From Eledone cirrhosa (taxonomy: Eukaryota), in NCBI GenBank assembly GCA_964016885.1, contig OZ024742.1, positions 45,074,001 to 45,138,000 on the forward strand: a stretch of 64,000 nt of DNA, written 5' to 3'. The position numbers and the translations under genes are program-made. Numbering within the stretch: the first letter of the stretch is position 1; each line of letters opens with the position of its first letter. The notes under the pieces were generated by a model. It was given only the letters and a program-made list of their open reading frames with translations, did not search any database and had not been told where the DNA came from. Shown piece by piece: positions 55,513-64,000 of the stretch.

Positions 55513-55805
55513 GTACGTAGATATTCAGATAATCAAACATTTTGGTTTTTTGTGTGTGTGTGTGTGTATGTGTGTAGTTAAAACGTGTATCATAAGCACT
55601 GAATATATTTCTGATTTCAATTAAACACACACTGGTACTAAAGTTACACTTAAATATTGGAATTATTTTTTTTTTCAAGGAAGAGATAAATGTATTCAAT
55701 ACTAGAGATGTAGAGATGTGTAAAATTTAGTTGAGATTTCAACTTCTATCAAATTATAAAATATAGCTATATCACCACATTCTGGAAGGGTTGCATTCCT
55801 TAAAG

Positions 55806-56176
55806 CAGCAGTCACCAACGTTTCGGATCTCATGGATCCCTAAATTCATAATTTTAAATCCTGCAGACCACAAATTGAATTTTTTTAAAAAGATAAATAC
55901 ATCTGTAAAATAATGATCAGAGAACTTCCATTTTATTAAACAATACTGAAGCGTACGTGTGTCATATTGTCGATAGAGGATACATATATGTAAAATTATT
56001 TCATGGATGTTAGTTCTTTACTGAGGAGAAACATTTTTTAGGAGTGTTATAAAATATATTTTAACCAAATATTATTTTTGTTTTATTATCAATAAAACAT
56101 AAAAATTGCAAATAATATCCAAATTTTTCTGCAGACCACCAAAATGTTCTTTCGGATCACGGGTTGGCAAACGCTG
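55806..56176. mobile_element. hAT MITE with perfect 8-bp TSD CCTTAAAG
   Basis: TIR-like ends cagcagtcaccaac / gttggcaaacgctg; TSD at 55798-55805 and 56177-56184. Confidence 0.8.
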
Positions 56177-56955
56177 CCTTAAAGTTTTTCCATACCATAG
56201 AATCTTGTGATCTGAAACTTTGATATGCAATATGTTCCTATGGAATTGTTTTGGAAAAACAAAAACAAAACAATGTATCTGCTTTTATATGATTTGGACA
56301 ATTGCAAGAGTTTCATTAGAAGGGGATTGTTTACAATCATTGAGATGTTGTTTATGGTCAGTTAATTCTGAATGTGGGGTATATGCTGCACATGGGATCA
56401 ATATGAATACAGTGAGGGTGTTAGGGTAGGGTGGGGTAATGGAGTTTTATATTTTGCATTATATCTTTTGAACACCAAATATGTTTTTATACTAAAAGAG
56501 CCATTAGATTATTTGACAAGTTGTGATGGGGCTGGCCTTCTTTGTTCTCAAGCTCCAAGGCCCTCCCAGCCTGACTGAAGACACATGTGCCTACTGATGA
56601 AATATAGTAGTGCTGGTGCCTCAATAAAATGCAGCTAGCCCACATTGTAAAGTAGGAGTGTTGGTGCCACAGTAAAAAGCACCCAGTCCATCCTGTCAGG
56701 TGGTAGTGCTGATGGTGTCATTTTAAAATGTATCTGGTACTCACCATGAAATAGTTAACATTAGGAAGGGCATCCAACTGTAGAACCCGTGCCAAAATGA
56801 AATGCATGTGTGAGACAGTCATCTGACCTGTCTTACTTCAGAATGTGATAACTTGTCTAATCCATAGAAGCACGGAAAACAAATGTAAAGTGGTGATGAT
56901 TGTGTGAGTGGGGGTGGGGGGTTGTTGATAGTGTCTATGGTCTTTGCCAGTTTAA

Positions 56956-57163
56956 CCCTTTTGCATTTACATTACTCAATATTTATGCTACTGTATTTTC
57001 ATGGTAATGGCTTTACCTTACATAATATCGAATTTGAGATTTTGATATTATTTATTTTGAGAACAATACCTTAACATCTGTATGAATGGCCAGTTACAGC
57101 TTGTTTGAACAGAAAGAGGTGAGAGAATTCTGGCCAGATATGGCCAGTTTAAATGCTAAAGGG
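56956..57163 (+). mobile_element. piggyBac-like MITE
   Basis: TTAA TSD on both sides; TIRs cccttttgcattta / taaatgctaaaggg. Confidence 0.85.
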
Positions 57164-57265
57164 TTAAACTGTTCTGATTGTCAGATTTAATTCCTGCCAA
57201 TATTGGAACAAGAACAAGAAAATATGATATTCTTATTTCTAACATATACCTTTTTTGTATTTCAG

Positions 57266-57309
57266 CCCTTTAAATGTGGCTTGGAAATGAACCAGACTTC
57301 TACTGAAAG
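57266..57309 (+). CDS. SNX27: Probable short C-terminal exon of SNX27-like gene
   Basis: Strong polypyrimidine tract then ttcAG acceptor, AG|GTGAGC donor. PFKCGLEMNQTSTE(S), open in phase 0. No homology support. Confidence 0.55.
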
Positions 57310-57700
57310 GTGAGCATTTCATATAACTTTGACTTATGTGACGTTTCTCACATTATTTATTGTAATTTTTCAATCAACAACAACAATCATCATCATCATT
57401 TGTTTTTACGCCCACTTTTCCATGTTGGCATGGGTTGGATGGGACTCTTTTTGAGGCAATATTTTACAGCCGGTTGCCTTTCCTGACACCAACACTTTAG
57501 TCGTTTCTTGAGACACATAGAGACAGTGTAGCTATGATTGTTAGAATTAAGACAGTGACTTGCACTAGTTTCTTTTTTTCTTGGCTTTCTTTTCTTTTGT
57601 CACGTGATTTTTTTATGGTTTCATTTAAACATGTATAATCCATGTTGAAACAGATGTCTATATACATATTCACACTGATAAATATATATAAGTACAGTAG

Positions 57701-58605
57701 TCAGTCAGAACGGGATGGAAAAAGTTCAGAGAGCTTATACGGCTGTTGGCCACAAAAGGTTTCTCTCTAAAAATGAAAGGCAGATTGTATGATGCTTGTA
57801 TACGAACAGCAATGCTACATGGCAGTGAGACATGGGCATTATGTGCAGAGGACCTGGAAAGGAATGAAGCATGCATGCTCCGTTGGATGTGTAATAGTAA
57901 TATACGTGAACGGCAAAGCATAAATGAACTAAGTGAGAAATTAGGAATAAGAGGGATCAGATGCTGTTTACTCGAGAGAAGACTATGTTGGTATGGCCAC
58001 GTGATGCGCATGAAAGACGACAGCTGTATAAAAAAGTGCAGGGCGATCAAAATTGATGGTAGTTACGGAGTAGGTAGACCCAGAAAAACCTGGGACGATC
58101 TGATAAATTCCGACCTCACACACTTACATCTCTCTAAGACCATGTCTCTGGACCAAGATCTTTGGCACTACGCAGTAATACAGAAGACCCGCCTTTCCTA
58201 TGTACAAAGCGAAACCTACAGTCAGTAGGCACCTCTTAACCAAAATACACCCCGTCCCACTACCCCCACCCTATCCTCCCACTCCCACCAACACCACCCT
58301 CTCTCTGTAAAGTTGGTACCACAACATTCAGCCCAAATAAATGAGATAATGAGATCAAGATCTTGTAGGTGTCATGACAAAAAAACACACAGTCCATGCT
58401 GTAATGTGGCCGTGTAGGTAACACGGTAAAAAGTTCCCAGTTCCACACTGTAAATGTGGTTGGTGTTAGGAAGGGCATCCAGCCGTAGAAAACCTGCCAG
58501 ATAGTCTTATATGAGCGAGACACGGTCACCCGACCAACCTTGCCTCAAGTGGGACAACTCCCGTCTAGTGTGGAAGATGGACGTTAAACGATGATGATGA
58601 TGATG
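57701..58605 (+). mobile_element. RTE LINE, 5'-truncated older copy
   Basis: [10 protein letters not shown]...GRPRKTW, 3'UTR and (GAT)n tail. Confidence 0.92.
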
Positions 58606-58939
58606 TACATGCTTACACATATTTGGAGATACACATTAGAGAAAAAGTATTCAGTTCATGAAATTTTTACCTATCTAGTTAAAAAAAAGATTTTAATGTA
58701 GTAAATCCGGTTTTGACCAAGAATAGAAACCAAATGGAATTAGTGTGGAAATGTACAACTCCTTTTAATAAATTTAGAATAAATATTACAGAACTTGCTG
58801 TTGGTTATAAAAGATGTGTGTTCTTTTAATTATATTAATAATGTGTTATCATAATATATAACAATGTGCTATCATAATTATTCCTTTTTTATTCTCATTA
58901 CATTAATAAAATGTGTCTTTATAAGAAAAATAATGGTTT

Positions 58940-59150
58940 TTACATTAAGCAGAAGGCCAACAATTTTGGGGGAGGGGAAAGTCGCTTAAATCCACTCAGT
59001 ACACTACTGGTATTTTTATTTTATCGATCCCGTAAGGATGAAAGGCAAAGCTAACCTCAGCAGGATTTGAACTCAGAATGTAAAGATCCGCAACTCTATG
59101 CTGCAAGGCATGCTGTCTGACTCTCTACCGATACTGCCAATCTGCCCTTT
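58940..59150 (-). mobile_element. SINE copy
   Basis: ctgagttcaaatcctgctgaggttagctttgcctttcatccttacgggatcgataaaat core on the minus strand. Confidence 0.7.
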
Positions 59151-59319
59151 ATAAGAAAAATAATAAAATTGCTTACTTACATTTTAAATTCAATTTCAAC
59201 TACTGCTTTTATTACACGTGGGTAAAATTGGGAGAAGACTGAAATAGCTAGAATTGCTTGTGAAGAGTGGGAGGGCTTTTGTTAAAAACAGTTGGGAAAC
59301 ACTGCTTTAATGAGTTCAA

Positions 59320-59668
59320 TAATATAATAATAATGAAATTATTGTGTACAGTGCTCAAGTGCACAACTCATTAAAGGTGCATGCGTAGTACCTAGAATAA
59401 TGTACAAATGTCAGAAAAGTGAACAGTGTATGAGTCATGATATACAGACAGGTACAAGCGGGCGTGTGTATGGAGGGAGAATATCAGGTGCAGTGTTGGT
59501 GAATTTCGGGAAGCATGGAATTTTTGAAGGATGCAGTGTCCCGACAGCTAACAACCGATGCAGGTAGTTTGTTCTATGAGCATGAAAAAATGTTTCCAAA
59601 AGTCATGGGAGCTGTGCTATTTTCTGACTTTGTAAGCATGTCCACTAGTGTTGAGAACTCTGATGTCA
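59320..59668 (-). mobile_element. Decayed CR1/L2-type LINE 3' end
   Basis: Minus strand NKLPASVVSCRDTASFKNSM with a (TAT)n tail; the same tail occurs at 6240-6320. Confidence 0.6.
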
Positions 59669-59669
59669 A

Positions 59670-59920
59670 AATGAAATATGCTCTACAGGCTTTTTTAAAG
59701 GAAATGTTTTCCTCTTTATTATTATTTCACTGAAGTCGACTATCCCTATAAGTTTGCCCTCAATAACAAGGTGATTTAATCTCTCCTGTATCAGCATGCT
59801 CCTAAAAAAACTCTTGATGAGCTTTATTTTGTTATAAGATTTCTCAGCAGATGATACAGTGACTGATAAGAGGCAGAATATTAGCAGTACGATACATATA
59901 TTTGGGAAAAAGGTCATCTA
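59670..59920 (-). pseudogene. hAT transposase C-terminal dimerisation domain remnant
   Basis: FPNICIVLLIFCLLSVTVSSAEKSYNKIKLIKSFFRSMLIQERLNHL resembles the FPNxxxxLxIxxxxPVTxASAERSFSKLKLIKxxLRSxMxQERL motif. Confidence 0.75.
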
Positions 59921-60482
59921 ACAATTAATAAACAATGTTTGCTATATTAATTTTTCTCATTTTAATCATATTATAAACAATGTACCTTTGTAAGTAAAGT
60001 AATAAACCTGTTTACATTTATTTTAAGTATATTTACAGCCATTACCTTTATTACATACACTTTCTAATGCTAAAGTCAATGTGGTTAATGTCATAAACAC
60101 ACAGAAAGATATTTGCTCATAAAACTTTCCTTCATAGACAAAAACTTGATAAGGCTTTTGTTAATATGACACTTGTTAACATTACAGTTTCTGAGATGTC
60201 AAAATAACTGACTGAGGTAATAAAACCTTATGGTCTATTGCTATTTAATTATTTCTACTTGACATCTATAATATATGGTAGAAGTTTTTCTAAACATGGT
60301 GTATCCTGTTTTAAATCTTAACCCTTCTTTTACCATATTTCTAATAAGACATTGTCTATGATTTACAAATAATTTTGAAAATAAGAAATTGGAGGGGTTT
60401 AGTACTAACTTTCTTATATTACTAACTTTAGTTAGTAATATTACTAATAGTACTAACTTTCTTATATTAAATTAGTGTTTAG

Positions 60483-60590
60483 AACCCGCCAAGGTTAACT
60501 TTACCTTTCGTCCTTACGGGGGTCGATAAAATAAAGTACCAGTAATACACTGGGATAATTGCTGGCCTTGTGCCAAAAGTAGAAACAATT
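60483..60590 (+). mobile_element. Truncated SINE with ~20-bp flanking direct repeat
   Basis: attaaattagtgttt(t)agaac on both sides. Confidence 0.7.
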
Positions 60591-60920
60591 AAATTAGTGT
60601 TTAGAACATAACTTTAAAAAATATTCTTAGAAAAAATTATTATCGATGATTTATTTAGATTTAAACATGAAAACTTTCAAACAAATTTTTCCTCATAGAA
60701 CCAGGGGCAGTTTTAGGCAACTTGGTATTAAAAGAGTTAAATTAAGAATTGGAATTGACCTGGAGCATAACAACAACAAAAGCATCAACAACAAGTGGGT
60801 AGCAGAATTGATTATATTTATGAAAAATATTTTTGGTTTTGTTGCTTTTACAACTTTGCTATTGTGCTGTAAATATTCACCCAGGAAGACATGGGATGAG
60901 GTAGTGAAGACTGACCTTAA

Positions 60921-61124
60921 CCTTTTAGCATTTAAACCCGGCCATATCTGGCCAGAATTCTCTCGCCTCTTTCTGTTCAAACCAGCTATAACTGTCCACT
61001 CATATCAATATTAAAGTATTGTTCTCAAAACAAATATCAAAATCTCAGATTCGATATTATGTGAGGTAAAGCTTTTACCATCAAAATACAATATTAAATA
61101 TAGAGTAATGTAAATGCTAAAAGG
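60921..61124 (-). mobile_element. piggyBac-like MITE inserted in an RTE remnant
   Basis: TTAA TSD; the flanks rejoin as PRKTWDEVVKTDL|KKLNHATEMTK. Confidence 0.85.
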
Positions 61125-61380
61125 TTAAGAAGCTGAACCATGCAACAGAGATGACAAAGGTCTGGGAAGTTTTGCAACATGCTTTACTGGTGAAAACTCA
61201 CCTACCAGAATAAAATGTGACCTGATCTCATCTGATTTGATCCATCTACTTGTCTTTCTTTTTCACTCCATAGTAGCTATTCTCATCATCACTGTACACC
61301 CTCACCTATTCATGTTCCTTTCCCAGTAAAATAAAAAAACGTTGTTTCACTATAAAATCCATATATATTTATCATTTCAG

Positions 61381-61414
61381 TGAAGACACTGACAGAGTTA
61401 TTGATGGACATTGA
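61381..61414 (+). CDS. SNX27: Probable last coding exon (stop TGA 61412-61414; exon continues to 61422)
   Basis: ttcAG acceptor, phase 2 compatible with the previous exon: (S)EDTDRVIDGH*. GTAAGT donor at 61423; candidate 3'UTR exon acceptor at 63780. Confidence 0.5.
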
Positions 61415-62409
61415 GTGGTTTGGTAAGTAATTCATGTTCACTTTAGTTGTTTTTTATTGCTTTCTTTTATCTTGAACTATTTAAAATATTTTAATAGGCA
61501 CATGTATGGCTATGTGGTTAAGAAATCTGTCTTGCGACCACTAGTTTTGGGTTCATTTCCATTGCATGACACCTTGTCTTCCATATATATATATATGTGT
61601 GTGTGCACATTTCTTGGGTGGGGGTCTGTCTCTGTGTCTTCATGCCATCACTTTTTAAAGCCAACAGTGACATATTGTTTATGGTAGCTTTAAAGAATAC
61701 CTCTTGCAGTTAGCAGTACAACAGACAGCAGTAGTATGTATATATACCATACTAAAAAAATAAAGTATGAATTGCCATAAGGTTGAGTATCCTTCCATAG
61801 GAAACTGCTTCAAACAGTTTCATCCAGCCCGTGCCAACATGAAAACACAGATTTAAAACATTTACTCAAATCTAAATTAAACCATAATTTAAATCTAATG
61901 AGTCAGCATATCTCATTTATTCTGGCTCTGTTCTCTGAGTTCAAATCTTGCTTTGGTCAACTTTGCTTTTCATATTTTCATGGTTGATGAAATAAAGTAG
62001 CAGTCCAAGACAGTGGTTTGGTGGAATTGTTAGAATGTTGGATAGGATACCTTGAAGTGTTGGTTAATGTTCTTTGCATTCTGAGTTCTTGAGAGGTAGA
62101 ATGGTAGACGTCGTTGCCTGGTATAACACCATCACCACCTTACTCTTAGCTATATTTAATTGTGTTCATTCTGTTGCAAATATTTAAACCAGGTCTCCAG
62201 TTTAGGAGAATTTCATCCTTTTCTCTTACCAAACTTGAAGTCTGTGTAAAAAAAAAAAAGTATAGGATACTAGGCACTACTCTTTCTTCCATGGCTGCTT
62301 GAAACTGCTAGAAATAGCACCTACCCTTGTATGAACCTATGAAAGAACCTCTACATGGCTACTAGAAATAGCATGTATGCAGTTTACCCTTTTTGAGTGG
62401 TTGACTGTA

Positions 62410-62695
62410 TCTGTCACTCAGGTTAACTCCACCATGTAGCTTCTGTCATCCAGTGTAACTCCACCCCTTGTCTCTTGTCACTCAGTTTAACTCCATCACA
62501 TGGCGCCTGTTATCTAGTTTAACTCCACCACTTGGCTCCTGTCACTCAGTTTAACTCCACCTCTTGGTCCCTGTCACCCAGTTTAACTCCTTGGTTCCTG
62601 TCATCCAGTTTAACTCCACCTCTTAATCCTTGTCACTCAGTTTAACTCCACCCCTTTATCCTTGTCACCCAGTTTAACTCCACCCCTTGGTCCTT
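62410..62695. repeat. ~30-bp degenerate minisatellite (gtcactcagtttaactccaccccttggtcct)
   Basis: About 9 visible units. Confidence 0.85.
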
Positions 62696-63204
62696 GCAAA
62701 TATCAATATCAAGTCTGTGGTTTGAAAATAATTGCATAAGTTATAATTTATTTCCTTCCCTTTCCTCTCTCCTTTCAGTCTCTGAAACCCTGCCATAATA
62801 TCGACATCACTTTCCTTCCCTTTTCGCACTAAACTATATTTTTAAAAATCAGACCCGACTGTTTAAAAAAAGTGCAGAGGATACATTAAATGATATAGTC
62901 CAAAATTGGGATAATGCCTTTTGTCGTAGGTGCATTTAATTAGGGCTAGCCTGGAGCTAAACCACAGTAACAATATTCTTGCCTATATTACTAAAAAAAA
63001 ACTTCAATTTGCTTTAAGTTAGAAGGATTTCTCCATCTTAATTTCCTAATTTTCTTTCTGTTGCCTTTAGTAATACTTGCTGTTGTAAATATTTCCTCAA
63101 CACTCAATAACGTAACTGTGTCATCATACTTACTTATGTATTGTGTTTGCTATGTCAATACTTTATTTTATATGTGTGATTATATATCATACTTGATTGT
63201 TATA

Positions 63205-63460
63205 AGTGGCACATTGAAAGGGTCATGGAATATTGGTTAGAGTACCTTGTTCTGTGACACATTGACTGAGTCATGTTGTGTTGGTTAGACTGCCTTGCTC
63301 TGGCACATTGACAGTCATAGTGTGTTGGTTTGAATGTCTTGCTCTGTGGCACATGGAAAGAGTGATGGAGTGTTGATGAGACTGCCTTGTTATGTGACAC
63401 ATTGACAGTCATGAGACATTGGATAGTGCCTTGCTCTGTGGCACATTGACAGTGTTGGTT
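63205..63460. repeat. ~45-bp degenerate tandem repeat (ttgctctgtggcacattgacagtcat...ttggttagactgcc)
   Basis: About 6 visible units. Confidence 0.75.
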
Positions 63461-63486
63461 ACTCCTGGATGACCAAAAATATAGTA

Positions 63487-63694
63487 CAGGTACACAATCT
63501 CTTATTTGAAAAGCTTGGGACCAGACAGTTTTGGGAATTTTTCAGATTTTGGAATAGAAGATTTTTAGCGTAGATTTTAAAGTTTTTTTATCTTCCTACA
63601 CATTAACATCATTTTTTTCTTCAGCTCCATTCCAGTCTATCAAATACATGTTTAAAAAATAGAAAAGAATTTCAGATAAAAGATTGTGAACCTG
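63487..63694. mobile_element. Tc1/mariner-type MITE with TA TSD
   Basis: TA-caggtacacaatctcttatttgaaa ... tttcagataaaagattgtgaacctg-TA. Confidence 0.75.
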
Positions 63695-63950
63695 TACTAG
63701 GTCATTAATAGTGAAACTATGTAAAACCATTGTTGTAGGGTTTGTTTAAAATCTTTATTTATTGATTTCTTTGATTTCAGGTTGAACTAGATTTGATTGT
63801 CAGCTGATGAGAAGTAGAAGTGACCACCACTACCACCACCACAAATATATACATATGCATGTATGTGTGTGTATGTATAATGTATGTGTATATATATGTA
63901 TGTATATCTATGTGTGTATATATATATATATATATATGTGTGTTTGTGTT

Positions 63951-63996
<46 letters not shown>

Positions 63997-64000
63997 GTAT

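Overview
AT-rich, repeat-dense animal genomic DNA. The SINE/RTE repeat families suggest a cephalopod, probably an octopod; this is inferred, not confirmed by a database search. The only host gene is the 3' part of a sorting nexin 27 (SNX27)-like gene on the + strand. It has 9 well-supported GT-AG exons encoding the PX and RA/FERM-like domains (12453-55512) and 2 probable short terminal coding exons; the PDZ exons lie upstream of the window. Introns carry RTE-, CR1- and CRE-type non-LTR retrotransposons, Penelope-like elements, tRNA-derived SINEs, MITEs and minisatellites. A ~25 kb intron (26560-51772) is a nest in which at least 15 retroelement pieces from unrelated clades are each embedded in long interrupted (TA)n arrays. 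The main observations are: (1) four hammerhead ribozyme motifs, one with its three core segments in a non-circularly permuted order and one inside a retrozyme-like partial tandem unit; (2) an RTE family whose two near-full-length, synonymously diverged copies share the same +1 frameshift between endonuclease and RT; and (3) strand-polarised A>G interruptions in the TA arrays.
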